Of a DNA stretch of 64,000 nt, positions 12,310 to 26,600 are shown piece by piece. The notes beneath the pieces are model-generated. The model was given only the letters and a program-made list of their open reading frames with translations, did not search any database and was not told the DNA's origin. The position numbers and the translations under genes were made by a program. This DNA comes from Peribolospora baueri (taxonomy: Eukaryota), in contig JAMDHS010000077.1 in NCBI GenBank assembly GCA_029717555.1, positions 1 through 64,000 of the forward strand, read 5' to 3'. Position 1 is the first letter of the stretch. Each line of letters begins with the position of its first letter.

Positions 12310-15300
12310 ATGACGACTCGCTCCGTGGACAGCACGCTGAGCTTCAGCTCCACGCTGAGGGCCAAGACGAGGATGACGGACGCGGATGTCTATCAGGTGA
12401 GCACCCACTCGGTCCCCGTCTCGACACCATCGCGGCCGTCAGCCCTAGCCATGGTTTGCTCTCCGCGGCTTTTGGGTTCCCTTTTGCTTGTGGTGCGATG
12501 ATGGAAATGGAGGAGCTCATCGCTGGCCATCTCAACCCTCTTCAGTACCTCCTCCGAGTCGCGTATCTCTCGTTCCTCACCATCCCTCGACCGGCTGAAC
12601 CGCCAGCACGAACGAGTACGCCAAAAGCAGGCCCTTCCAAGGCGGAGACTTGGACGAGCAGCTTGTTTTCCATCGGAGATCTCTTCAAGGACAGCGGCAG
12701 CTCCTCGAGCCAAAAGTCGGTCAAATTCCCGAAGGACCTTATTAAGGTGCTCCAAAGCAAGATGGAGGCCATCGCCATGGGTCGAGATCCTTCTTACACG
12801 GACCAGTACCTCCGACAAACAATCGGCGTCTATTACGGTACCTTCAAGGAGCCAACGTTTCAGAAGCAGATGAAGGAGAACCGCAAGATCGAGGAGCTGA
12901 TCCTTATTTTCGTCACCACGGCCCAGGCGACGCTCAAAAAGCGACTACCAGGGGACGAATGGAAGGCGGAGCTGAACAATCAGGTCGGACAGTTTGTCAA
13001 GATCATACGCGGTTGCCTTCGCACTATCCACGGCGTCCCCAAGGAGCTCATCGAGAGGCTGGACGGCTACTCGGCGAAGGTGACACCGAAGCCGATCACC
13101 TTAAGCAAGACAGAGTCTTCTTCCTCTAACACCGACAGCCGTCCCACTTCAGTCGTCTCCGGGAGCTCATCCAGCTACAAAATTGACGACATGCAAATGG
13201 TCAAGACGGTGGGCAATCTTTTCGGAGTGGAGGACGATCAGTTACAAAGGGATATCAACGCCATCAAGAGGATTGCGACTGAGAAAGTGAGCACTTTGGT
13301 CTGTCTATATCAGTATGACCTCCCCCGCCTCATTCCACAGTCAACCTCACCCATCCCGGTTTTCACTTTACAGGCGGCATTACTCGATCTCAAGTCGGTG
13401 ATCAAGAATATTAACCTCCAGAACCCATTTCCCGCCAACCGCGACGACTTTGAAACGGAGAGTGGCTATCAGCACTTCAGGACGACGGAGTTGTCCACGT
13501 TGTCACAGCTCATGATGACTATGTGCCAATTTAATCCCGATCTGGTCAAGTCGACGCCGTCCGAAGTATTGTCTGCGAAGGCCGTTCGGGCTTCCACGAA
13601 CGGAAACGGCGCCACGGGGGAGGGAGACGAGGATGGAGCCGATGGGGCTAGCGGAGCTCGTTCAGCGAGATCGGGCTCAGTGACAAACTCGACCGGAGTC
13701 AGGGCATCGGTCGGAGGGGTGAATCCGGAATCGGTGAGCGCTGCGATCGACGAGGACGACGAGGCAACCGTGGGCAACTTCGTCTTCATCCCCCCCGACC
13801 CCAAGGCGTATTACCGTCGCGCGCTCGAGATCTGCATCGATCACGACTTGGATGCCATGCAGAGGCTGCCGGAGGACGAGGAGGTGTCTTTGCGCATCCT
13901 GAGCAAGAGCCACTTCGAGCTTCTCAACGAGGCGGCCATCCGATGGCGCCTCTCTCACCCGTATCGGGTGGTTGTAAACTTGGACGTCATCAAGTACAAG
14001 TACGACCGCGGCGATGTGCCTCTCGATTGTATCACCGAGGCCTTGTCCGCGGCGGAGAAGGCTGCGGCGGAGAGCGAGCTGGAGCGATGGACGATCCACG
14101 ACGTGAGTGATACCACCCATTCGATACACCAAAAAAAGGACGAGGCCTGGCTTCTCTGCTGAATGAAGGTCTGACCCGCTCGCTTGCGTGTTCGTACTCA
14201 GCGAAAGCTCCTCGTGCACATCTATGGAGCGTTGTTCCAGTCATTCTTGCGCTTCCTCTACGAGACCTTCCAAGCGAACATCATCGCCGCCGACCCCGAA
14301 GAGATAATCGCCTACGTTTCCATGCTCCAAGACATTCACCAGTCCAGAGTCATGGAATCGGTGCCGAACTCCGACAGGCCAGACTTGGATCGTCACCTGG
14401 AGGAGTTGAAGGACGGCATCCGTATCATGGCTATCCAAGAGTATAGCGGCAAGACAACGGATATATTCTCTATCCAAGCTGACAACGAGACCGTACCTTT
14501 GCTCATGATGATCGACTGGATCGAGAAGGGTGCCAAGAAGCTTGACAAACGCTTCCCGGAGCCCATCCTTGGGTAAGAATAAGCATGACATTTTTCATCG
14601 CGTCCGAATCCTCTTCGCTTGGCCTCATCGCTGATTTGTCATCACCCGATTTGCGCAGTGTCGTCGATCCCGTGGCGTTAGTATTGGAGAAGCAAGTCCC
14701 GCTCTTCCTCGACGATCTGGAGTTGATGCGAGCGCAGATTCTAGCGCTGGTCCGCAAGGAAGGAGACGACAACCTGCCGTTTGAGGACATTATCGCGCTC
14801 TACAAGCGCGTGCAGAGCTTGCTGAGGATGTACAGCACCTTCTGTCCCAAGTGAGAAGGCCCGTCATCGAGTTCTGCAACGATTTGTGCGTTACTTTGTA
14901 AACAATTTCTGACTACTTTCTCTTTTGTTCCCGGACATATGATGTTCTCGTACAGCCTTCCACTCAACTACGACATCACCTTGTGGTTCGCTCCGCACGT
15001 CCAACAATGGCTCGTTCGTACGGAGAGGAAGACGACGGAATGGGTCCAGTCGGCGATCAGTGCCGATAGCGTAAGCGATAATTTCCTTTTAATTGGGCGT
15101 AATGACGAGCTCTAACTTGGGTCTCTTTCCTCCATTTTTCTGTGTCCAGTTCTCATCGGATGTTGCGAACCATAGCTCCTCGATTGAGGATTTGTTCGAG
15201 ACGTTCAAGCAGCCAGTTGAGTTCATTCGTGACCTCAAGTGGCCTGACGCGTATCAGAACGCTCGCTTCTTGACGAGCATGTCCAAGGTAAGCGAACCAT

Positions 15301-17475
15301 TCTCCTTTCCCAAAACGCCGTCAGGCTGATACTCCCGCCTGCTCGCAACTGCAAACAGACCATTAGCCGATCGATCGAGCAGTATTGCAACACCATCGAG
15401 GAGCTGTTCATGGAGGAGATGTTCCCGAGGACGGCGGAAGGGGGCGACGCTGCTGCTCGACAGAACGCTTGGGTCGTCCGTGCGAAGGCCACACTGCAGG
15501 ACTTGCAGGGAGAAAAGAGGGTCGAACCGTTTAGGTTTACTCCGACCGTGAGTGCTTCGTTACTGTTTAAGCTTGCGATGCGATGAAGGGTCTGGTGTTT
15601 TTGGAGACGCGTGCGGGTCTAATGGGTAAATTTCTGGCAGTCTTGCGTCAAGTTGAACAACATCGAGGCGGCGCGAAACTTGCTGGACAAGATGTATAAT
15701 GCCCTCGACGCGGACGAACAAGCTCGGATATTGACCGAGCACGGCCCGGAGGTGCCGAACAAAGAGGAACGCGTGAGGAACATCTTTACGATCAAGATTG
15801 TTTTGGGCGAGAACTTGCATTCTCCTACAGAGGCCAGCTCGTCGAACCGCTTGGATTCGTTCGTCACTCTGAGCGACGAGCGGGGGGCTAAGATCGCCAA
15901 GACTCGAACGATCTACGAGACGTCTGATCCGCGGTGGGAAGAAGTGTTTGATATCCCCGTCGCCGGATCCATGTGGCTCGCAGCGACGGTGTGGGACCGC
16001 AAGCTGGTTGGCGACCACACGCTATGCGGCCGGGCCTACCTCCGTCTCGACCCACGCTACTTTGGTGATTTCCTCTCCCATGAGCTCTGGCTCGATCTCG
16101 ATACACGTGGGAGACTGCTCTTCCGCGTCAGCATGGAGGGGGAGAAGGATGACATCCAGTTCTACTTTGGCCGGGCCTTCCGCTCGCTCAAGAGGACGGA
16201 GAATGACATGGTCCGGATTATCGTGGACAAAGTAAGTTGCGCGCATGTCTGCGTATATATCTTGGGCGAGGGTCCTTGTATTGATCACTCTCCGTTCTCT
16301 CCTCTAACCGCAGATGTCTGCTTTCATCCGGCAATGTTTGTCACGGACGGTCTTGCGCAACCTGGTCAAGACGAGCGGCCTTAACTTTGACAAGGCAATC
16401 GTCAACGTCAAGGGTCTTTTCAACCAAGCCATCGGCAACAGCGGACCCGCCATCCCTCCTCCGCCCGGGGAGATGCTGAAGAAACCTAAGCAGGGCATTT
16501 TGACTGACGTGGAGATCGAGGAGGCAATCGGGCCGTTGTTCGACTACCTCGATGATAGCCTCGCCACCCTCAAGTCTTCGCTGAGCGAGACGGCCGCGCT
16601 GACGGTCATGACCAAGGTGTGGAAGGAGGTGCTGCTCACCATCGAAGGCCTTCTTGTTCCACCTCTGTCCGATGCTCCGTCCGACATGCAGCCCTTGTCG
16701 GATAAGGAGGTCGAGATCGTGTTCAAGTGGCTCAAGGTGAGTAAACAAGCCCAGTTATTTGTTAAATCCTCTTCACAAACTCATACATTGCATGTACTTC
16801 CTTTTCGTAGTTCCTCAAGGACTACTTCAACGCCAACGAAGATGGCGTGGAGAACGGCGTGCCCTTGGAGACTCTGCAGAACCAAAAATACCGCGAAATT
16901 TTCTCCTACACGCTCTACCACGACATGGACACAGATACGCTCATGGAGGAGTGTGTGCGCGAGATGCAGCAAGCGCTGCGCAAGGCGCCCAGCCAACGCG
17001 CCAAAAACAAGAGCGTGTATCAACAGCGCAACCTTGGGACGATCAAGCAGAGGAAGCGGGAAAAAAGGCAAGAACAGGTGCCTTCGAACACGGAGATGAT
17101 CATGAAGATCTTGCGAATGAGGTAAGTGGATTCTCGACTACACCAATAATCACTGTCAAGGATGCGGTGAGATGTGGTTCTGACGTGTTGTATTGTTCCA
17201 ACCTGTGTAGGCACGGCACTTCTGATTTCCTGTAAGATTTCCGAGTGCTCCAGTCTTCCTTCTCCTTGTACGATCGCTAACGTCAGTTTCTTCTCACGTC
17301 TACTTCTTGTCCTTCCAGGGCTCAACAACTTCAAATGATGAACACATTGCAGCAACACGTAGGCGGCGCTAACAGAGGCGCTGGTGCACGCCGTTCGAGC
17401 AAGGCCATCGGCGCGGCGCCTCTGCCCCCTCTTCCACAGCAGGGAGGCCTTCGCGATTCGCGCGGATACTACTGA
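12310..17475 (+). CDS. C2 domain / Munc13-homology domain protein (S. pombe Git1 / YOR296W-like)
   Basis: RKIEELILIFV N-terminal motif; CVKLNNIEAAR; C2 domain FTIKIVLGENL...KTRTIYETSDPRWEEVFDI; EGEKDDIQFYFGRAFRSLKRTE; MHD2-like PLFDYLD...VWKEVL. Confidence 0.8.
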
Positions 17476-18685
17476 TTTCGACCTTTGGCGCAAGCCACCT
17501 GCTGCACGAGGAAGCAGAGAAGGGCGGCACTGATATACCCGCCGGTATCGAGCCACGGGCGCCCCGCAGCGGGGCCTTCAGCTTGGGCCCTGCAGGCAAC
17601 ATTGCCGCCTACTGCACGACGCCATTGCACCTGTTCACTCATCTACCCGATTATTGACTGTCCTCAATACCCTTCTTGCCACTGTTTTGCAATTCGCTCC
17701 GTGTAATTTACTCCTTTCTTCCACGCCCACCTGCCCGGAACGCGATATGTGATCATCGACCAGTTGTTAATTAGCGAACGATGGCTGCGCCCCTTCACTC
17801 ACTTCACCTCCGTAGGCAGCTCTCCCTGACCTCAAGCACAACCAACCATTGCCTCAGCTCTCTCTCCCGGTGCAGTTGCGTAGATGACCTCAGTCAGCAA
17901 GGACAAGCAGATTGGATGGATGTCTTGGCAACATATTTCTCGATCCTTATGTCTGTGAAGATGAGCTCTGTCAAAGCCTTCGCTCTCTCTTCTGTAGGTT
18001 TCTCTACTTCTTGCTGCCCATGCCTCGCTAATCGCAGAAGTGCCTAACATGTGCGTGGGCAACGTGGTAGTGAGATCGCTTTATCATATGGATGCCATGC
18101 GTCATCTGCGCTCAACTCTGCTTGATCTGCACATGTCCCTATTTTCTGACTTCACGGTTGCCGAACGCAAGCAAGAAGCTTAGGGAGCGCACTTCCGGGA
18201 GCGAGTGCGAAGATATCTCGTCTCGGCTGGGCCAGGGAGACATGGACACGCGAATACAGTTTCTTCAGGAGTCTGCTTGAAAGCGCCCAGACCTGTGACC
18301 CACTGGCTACAATGACCCAGCACTCGTCTCGCTCATCTCAGCGACTAGGTATGAAGCAGTTTATCTTCCTCTTTGCCGCACCTTTCCCATTCGGTTTCGG
18401 TCGGTGTCGACGAGCGACGGTTCCCTCTCCTTGTAGTCCGTGCGACGATCTCATATGTGCGGACTGAACCAGACCAGTTGACCGTTCTCATGATGTCTAA
18501 CATTACATGTACGATGCTTTTTGAACGAGTGAGAAAGCGGCGACCACGTACGTACAAGCTCTACTCAGCCCGCCCTACTGCGTGGTGGTATAATTGCGAT
18601 ACGGATGCTAGAAATGTCCACGCCCCTATACGTCCTCTGTCTATTCCTTTATCGCCACCAGAGTTCACTCGTCGAACTCGTTCAA

Positions 18686-20187
18686 TCAGAAACCGACTTC
18701 TCCGCCTCGGTATTCTTCGATGTAAATACGCTCGTCCCCCTTGTACTTGCGCACCACATACCTACGTGAGTTGCGCCCAGGACGAGACCGACAGCGACAG
18801 ACCCGACGAGAACAACACGAACAGACTAGGTCAGACAAAAGCGCGTCCAACCACTTGCAGTCCCAAATATAGCTCACACGCATGTGACCACGCCGCACTC
18901 ACCGCTCGAGGTCATACCGCTCGTAGCTCGCGGCGGCGAGTCGGACGGCGGCGACGTGATCGGGGCGCGTGTTGGCTTTTATCGCTGCCGCTCTGGATTG
19001 CCAGATGCACGTGGCCAGGTTGAGTCCGGTTGTGGGATCTGGGAGGCCGTACCAGTAGAGAATGAGGCCTGGAAGAGGTTGGGAGGAAGGGAAGGAGAAA
19101 CCAAGTCGAGTGTGAGTTGGCCATCAGTGCTATCTATGGTGAAGACGAGCGAGGATGGACGCATGGGGTTGCAAAGGGGACGCAGGCTCACCTCCATTCG
19201 TTATAGCCTCCTCGTGAGCTGATACAATGGGAACAAAGTGAGAAGCACCCCAACTGAGAAGGAAGCTCGAAAAACTGGCGAACTAACCGCCGTAGCGCAA
19301 TGACGCAGGCTGCCCGCTCACCCCTCCTGTCCGCCTCATACAAGCTGATCGATTCGGAGCCTGGCTTCCTGCGCGATCGGAAGGCCACGCCGTACCACTA
19401 ATGTGGCGGTTGGAAGATAGAGAAATGAGGAATGACCGGAAGCATGGATCAAAACGCGTCAATCTTCATTCCAAATTTCAACTGGCCTTTCAAAGCCAGT
19501 CATCAGAGGCAGTTGCCCAACTCATTCCCTCCCCATCAGCTCGACACTAACCTCCCTCTCCTCTTCCACGGGCAACTCTAGCTCGTCCCAGTTGAAAGCC
19601 TCTGAAATGGGCACGCTCGCATACCTCGACGTCACCGCTCTGAACGAGTGCAGGGCGCGGTGGAGGGAGTGGGAAACCGGGTCCAGGCTGGGTAAGGTGG
19701 CAGAGGTGAAGACTGGTCCGGATGTGGTTGAGGATGACGAAGATGAAGAGGGGACGGCATTCTGCGAGCGCGAGTCAGATTGAGCTGAACTCGCTGAGCT
19801 CAGCTCCAGGTCACCGTTGTCATTCGGAAGACGAGAGAGGAGCGGCGGGAGGTAGAGGACAGGTTCCGTGTGGTCGATTCTCAGGTCCGGCTTGCGATGG
19901 TGCGACTCCACCCGCTCGTCCCGTTTCCGACCGCGCTCAAGCTCTTGCTTCCTTGCCAGGTCTTCTTCCTCTTGTGCCGCGACGGCGGCCGAGGTGGCTT
20001 GAACTTGTTCTACACGAGATGGTGGAGAAGCAGGCGCGTCTGCAGCTGTGGGAATGAGGCTCTCCTCGGGGTTGAAGGAGGTGGCAACATCCGAGGAAGG
20101 TGGCGGGGAAGCGAAATCCTGCGGAACGCGTTTGTAATGCTCTGAAGAGGTCGACGGTGGGGTCGAGGCGGAGCGGTCGAATAGCAT
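18686..20187 (-). CDS. UPF0643-like conserved fungal protein
   Basis: EAFNWDEL, WYGVAFRSRRK, LYEADR, an exon with YWYG...NLATCIWQS, and YERYDLER; ends YIEEYRGGEVGF*. Confidence 0.7.
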
Positions 20188-20947
20188 GTTGGGTGCAAGG
20201 AGAAAGGGTGGCAAACGCGGAAAAGAGCAAAGGAGAAGGGACCAGAAGTGAGAGAATCAATCTATTCAGTGGGAAGGATAAGGATGAGGTAGAGATCAGC
20301 TGGCAGCGGGCTCGCAAAAAGGGTCAGCGGGGTGAGAGCGACTGAAGAAGTGAGCGTCTTTTAAGCCTGCTCGGCCGCCAGCCAGGATTCGAAAAATCCG
20401 TGACTTCTTAAAGCGCTCACGTCTTCGAAGCTTCCGAGCACGCTGGGCACACGACGTCCGTCGGCCTGCCTTCTTTCTATCTTCTGGCGCTTTCCGGTGC
20501 GTCTCTGACAAGACAAAACAGAAGATGGTGACAACTGGGGCCGTCCAAGTCGTGATTGCCGCAGCATGCCGATGCGCAATTTCGTCCGTCTCTGACGAGC
20601 CAAGGACGAACTGGCTCGGTTGCGGGTGAGGCGCAGGCCAGAGATGCGACGGTGGCGAGGAATTACTCGGGCTCAGTGACCGGCTCTTCCCGTCGCACCT
20701 TGTCCATTGTTCCGATTTCGATCGAAAGTATTATGCTTGCGTACGGTCGACGTCCCGTTCGCCACTCCACAGTCAGTAGGGTTATATGCTCACGTGACTC
20801 ATGATATATGCACGTGATCTAACCAGCTCCGAAAATGGAGGCTAAGACCCAACTTTGTAATGTGCTGGGCGCGGCGTGGTCTCCTCCTTGCCCTCCACCC
20901 ATCACCTCCGACCCGATTCATTTCCCATCCCCTCATCCCACTTCAAA

Positions 20948-23363
20948 ATGTCAGCGGCGGGAGAAGACGACGACCTGTACGCCGACCTGTACGGCAACAA
21001 CGAGGGCCCGTCTAACGACGACGAGACGCGGAAGGAGTTTGAGGACTCCCTGCGGAGTGAGCAGCAGGAGCAGCACGGCCCAAGCGAACGACGCGAGTCG
21101 CTCGACAAGTCGGCCGACGCGCCGTCAGCCGCCTCTGCTACCGCTGCTCCTGCTGCTGCTACCGGAGGCGGCGGTGGGAGTGGAGGTGCGACGGCGGGGT
21201 CTACCACCGAGTCTTCCAAGTTTCCCTTACCGCCAACGCCCGCCGCCTCATCTAACGGAGGCGCCAATGGTGCGCAGGGGGCAGACCAACAGCAGCAGCC
21301 CTCGTCTTCTTCCTACTCTAGCGCCGTTGCAGCACAGTTTGCGTCGTACAACCAGACGCCAGACCAGGAGCGCATTCGGCGAGCGGATGCGGACCAGCAA
21401 TCTGAAAAGCCCAAGACAGGAAGGATTGCCCCGCACGAGATGCCCGAGGAAGGGTGAGTAGCGCACCGTGGTCGTCTTTCTGCCTGTCTACCTTCGGTGC
21501 TGGTCATCCTCGCCGTCGCCCTATCGCCTTCGTCCGTCTGTCAGTCATTGCTCGGCAGCCAGCTACATACACACCACGTGCTGCATCGCATCGCGTAGAA
21601 GTAGGACTTAGTTCCTTACGTAGCCCCGTCTCTCTACCTATTTGCCGCGCTTGCTTTGCCCTCTCCCCATCCCCGATTGCCTTGCCTTTCCTTTCCATCG
21701 CAGCAAAATGTTCGTAGGAGGATTGAACTGGGACACGACCGAGGGTACGCCTCCTTCTCGTTACTTTCTCCTCGTTCGCTACAAGTCCTCGCTCCGCTGT
21801 TCGTCGCTTTCTGACCCTGACCCAACTCATCGTTCCGCGATGGTTGTCTCTCTCGTCTGACCGTCTTATTTATTGCTATTCTACTTTCGTCTCCCTTACA
21901 CCGTCCGGTGCGCATTCGTTCAGAGGGTTTGAAGCGCTACTTCTCCCAGTTCGGCCAAGTCAATGCTTGCACCATCATGCGCGATACCGTCACCGGCCGT
22001 TCGAGAGGCTTCGGCTTCTTGACGTTCGAGGATCCTAAGGCAGTCAACACAGTCATGGTCAGAGAACACTATCTCGACGGCAAAATTGTGGGTCTCGTCT
22101 TTGTATGCTTGGACTCCCGCTTGGGAAATTCAGAGTACTCATAAGCAATCATCGGCTCGTGGACCCCTTTGCTCTTCCCATAGATCGACCCCAAGCGCGC
22201 CATCCCGCGACCGGACTCCGCCCGCTCTCTCAAAGTCTTCGTGGGCGGACTGCCGCAATCGATCACCACAGATTCCTTCCGTACCTTCTTCAGCGCGTAC
22301 GGCAAGATCATGGACTCTACGCTCATGATTGACCGCGAGACTGGCAGGCCGCGCGGGTTCGGGTTCGTCACTTTTGAAACGGACGAGGCGGTGGAGAAGC
22401 TGCTTCGGGAAGGCACAGTTACAATTGATGGGAAGATGGTGAGCCGTAGCGCCCGCAAGCAGTTTTCTGTAGTCGCATTACGATCCCTTGTGTTTAGTCG
22501 TCTGACCTTTTTCACCCCCATCACCTGCTGCCTGTCAGGTGGAGGTCAAACGTGCAACGAACCGCAATCGGGATCAGGATAGCGGTGCTCGCCGTGGCGA
22601 TGTCGGAGGCGTAGGTGGAGGTTACGGCGCCAGTGGTCAGACTGGTGGAATGCAGGGCGGGTACGGGCAAGGTGGCATTGGCGCCGGTGCCGCGGGTGGT
22701 CAGACAGGAGCGCAGGGGCCACAGATGTTCGGACAGGCAGGTGGCATGACTAGCTTTGACCCTCAAGCGATGGCTGCGATGTACCAGCGGATGGGCTGGG
22801 GAACGGGCCACTGGAATCCGGCGATGATGTGGAACATGATGGGGGACGGCGCCAACGGTGGTTGGGGTGGCATGCAGGGCATGGCAGGCATGCCTGGGGG
22901 CGGTATGATGGGACAGCAGCAGCAGCAGGGCATGGGTGGCATGATGATGCCCAGTATGCAGCCCGGAGGCGCCGGCGGAATGGGCATGCCGATGGGCATG
23001 GCCGGCGCCCATAACCCGGCGTTCGCTGGCAACCCCATGGGCTCGGCCGCTATGTCTCCTCCAACACCGGCGGGAGGAGCCGGACGCTCCATCACCTTCG
23101 GTGCCGGACCGATGGCCGGTACCGTCATGCCCAACTCGTCCCCGCACACAGCGCCCATGGCAGCCACGGCGGGGGCGGGTCGTGGCAACTCGCCGGCTGG
23201 CCGCCCTCGCGATCCGCCGAAAGGCCCGGCCGGCGCGGCCATGAACCCGCCACCGGGGCCCGCGGCGATGCGTGGCGGCGCGGCGGCAGCTGCCGGTCCG
23301 GGGCCTCAGAGGTCGACCCATCGCGCTGGGGGTTTTCACCCGTATGACAGGCCCCGGCGATGA
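20948..23363 (+). CDS. Two-RRM hnRNP (Hrp1/Musashi/DAZAP1-like) with Gly/Met-rich tail
   Basis: KMFVGGLNWDTT, SRGFGFLTF, IDPKRAIPR, KVFVGGL, PRGFGFVTF; C-terminal PY-NLS-like FHPYDR. Confidence 0.9.
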
Positions 23364-23632
23364 AAAAAGGTTGCTTTCATTTGGGGGAATGTTAGCTCTA
23401 CCGGCCTAATAGGGTCGTCTTTCCTTCCAGCTTCCCAACCTGTATCGTATCTCTCGAGGACTCTTTCCTGTCGAATCTCACGGGCCACCCGACCTCCTCC
23501 TCATCAGTCCCGTTCACTCGCACACACAAACGAACAAATAAAAGGAGAGAACGAATCGGGCGAGGCAAGCCGGGTGTGGTGTGGCAAAATGCGAAATCAG
23601 ATTCTCGGCATGGCTTCTCGAATCGATTCATA

Positions 23633-26600
23633 CTAGCTCGTCCAACGTCGGATGCGCGCCACCTTATCGAACACGTCGTCCTCCTTACCGCGACCTGCCG
23701 CCACGGCCGCTCGACCCTCTTCGTCCGTCATCTCGGCCACCTGCTTCCATCTCTCGAGCTCTGCGGCGTCCACGTTGAGGGCGGCGACGACGTTGGAGAG
23801 GTAGGCCAGGTCCGAGGCGAGCTGTCTCGCGCCGGGCTCCGAGAGCAAGGTGATGGTGGGCAGGACGGCGGTGGTGAGGTGGTGGAGGAGGGAGAGGGTG
23901 AGGGAGGAGAGCCAAGCGGAAAGGGCCATCTGCGCGGAAAGCCGCGGCGGCGACGGCCGACCCTCGTCGGCCCCCGTCGTCGTCGCGTCGGCGGGAGGCG
24001 GCGGTGGCTTGAGGTTCGTCGCGCCAGAAGAGCTGAACGCCAGGGATGGCGATCTCCGATGGGGCGGCCTGGCGTCTGCGGCGCCTCCTTCGGGGGAGGG
24101 CGAAGCGATGAAGCTCGCTCTTCGGGCGCTCGGTGGTGGGACGTCTGGCGAGGGCGTCGCGGGCGTCGGGGCGAAGGCGGAAGCGTTGACGTGCGGGAGC
24201 GTGGCTATGGAAAAGGCCAGCGAGTCGTCTTCCGCATACACTTCGAAGAGGCGTGGCAGGTTGAGCAGCCCCTCGGCGACGCGGCTCATGGTCTCAGTCG
24301 GTGAGAGCGAAAAGGATGGGATCTGGACGTCGAGCTGGCTGAGCGTGTCCTTGCGGCCGGTGGAAGTCCAAGTGGGGAGCGTGGCGTACTGGGAAAGATA
24401 GGCCTCGAGCGGACCGAGAATGGTATCTTGCAAGAATAGCTGGGTGGAACGGGTGTATGCGGTCAAAGCGGAACGGGCGCCGGAGAGGAGATGTGTGGAC
24501 TTGTGATGCGACATCGTCCAGCCGATCGTGGGGATCGGCGTGGGGCCTGCCGCTTCGGAGGAGTCGATGAGGGCGCGCAAGTGGACCGAGTTGAGCGGGG
24601 ATTGCTGGAGCAAGAGCAAGGCCCCTTTCGACGTTCCGCTCGCGGCGCCGACGGCGACGGGAGGAGCAGCAGAAGGAGGAGGAGGAGCAGCAGCAGCAGA
24701 ACCATTCCCCTTCGCCTCACGCAGCGACCGGCCGACGTCGCGCAGCCTGGCCCTGAGATCATTCTCGAAGCCGGACAGACGGTCAAGGACGCCCTGGGCC
24801 GTATCGAGGAGTCGCAAACCGAGTTGGACGGCGCTCCAATCGTCGTTGGAATAGTCGAGTCCCTCAAAGTCAAACTCGTCCGTCTCCCCGACCAGAGGCG
24901 TGCCAGAGGCCGCCGCCCCGCGGTCTCTCCGCAAGTCGCCGTACCGCTCCAGGTCGACCCGGGAGGCGGTGAGCAAGGTGACAAACAAATCGTCCACGGC
25001 TTCGACCAGGCCGACGGCGCCGAGACCATGGGTGAAGGCAAAGGCGCGTCCGAGGGCGTCCTCAGCTAGGCCAAAGGCGGTCAAAGCCTTCTCCCACAGC
25101 GTCCGCGAGTCCTCCGCCGCCCCGTCCCCGGGCGCGGCAGCCGCCTTTCGCTGCTTCATCTCCTTCTCCCACTCGGCTCGGAGGAGCTTCTTCTCGAGCG
25201 AGCCGTACGACACCTGCCACTCGAGGAAAGGGTCGAAGAGGACTTGCTCCCAAAGCGCCGCCGCCTCGCCGATCATGGCGCTGGGCGGCGGCGGGGCCAC
25301 GCTGAGGCGCCTCGAGAGTCGCCGTGAAGGCTTTCGGGATGACTTTGTGGCGCCGGAGGCGGTCGTGGAGCCTGGGAGCTGCGTGGTCTCGAGGGCGGGG
25401 CTAGAGGGGGAGAGGGAAGCAAAAGTCAACTTGGCCATGATTCTCGCCGCGGCCGTCGCAAACTCCTCCGTGGCGTGGTAAGCGCGGATGAGCTCGACGA
25501 GGGCAGTGGCGTTGTGGGCCTGGACGGACTGGTCGAGTCGGATGGACAAGGGGGGATCGAGATTGTCGATGATGGACTGGAGGAAGGCGGACAACGTGGC
25601 GGGCGGATCGGGGAAGATGGCGGGGATATAAACACGCTCCTCGTTGACGACCTCTTGGAGGTCCGAGTAGAAGCGGGGCAAGAAATCGGAAAGCTTGAAA
25701 AGAACGGAGGCGGAGGGCTGCTGAACGGCCTGTGTCGTCGTCGCTGGGGCGTCCGAAAGCGGAGCGTCCTTCCACGAGGCGAGCAGGGGCGCGCGTCTGG
25801 AGCCGAAGTAGTACCGGCGAAACTCGTCGTCGCGTTGGATGAGGGCAAAGATGGAGCGGTAGCGGGAGCAGGCGTGAGCGTCGTGGGCGTTGATGGCGGA
25901 CACGAGCGCCGAGCTGAGCGCGGCCTCGAGCTGGTTCTGGAGGGAGACCATGAGAGCGCGCCTGCCCTCGTACTCGGGCCTGTTGGCGAAGAAGGGCATG
26001 CTCCTTTGCGCCTCGGCCATGCGCTCGGCCGCCTTTTCCCAGTTGCGCTCGGCGACGTAGGAGGTGATGTCGGATTCGAGCGTGTTCCACGCCTCGGCCT
26101 CTCGCAGCACCTCCCTGGCCGCCTCCATGTCCGCCTTGACGAGGTCGAGCCTGGCGAGCTCGTCCAGCGCCGTGGCCGTCTCCGTGTCGACGGCCGCCGT
26201 CGTGCGCTCGCGGACGCGGCGGAGCTCGGAGCGGAGGGCGAGGGCGGCATCGCGCATGAACTCGAGGTCGTACGTGAGCCGGGGTACGGCGCGGGAGATG
26301 TCGTCGATGGTCTTGTCCAACGCCGACGCCGTGTCCTGGCTTGCTATGTCTACCTGACCGACCAGGCTTCCGATCCTCCGATCGACGGCGGCGAGGTCGA
26401 GATCCCTCTCACCCCGACCTTGACTTTGATCTTGACCTTGGCCTTGACCTTGACCTTGACCTTGTCCTTGTCCTTGACCCTGACCCTGGCCCAGATCCAG
26501 ACCCGGACCTTGACCCATGCCATGGCCCAAACCCTTCTCCTCCGGGCTCATCAACACCCCATCAACCCAAGCCTCAACACTCTCCGCAGCGTCCAGCTCA

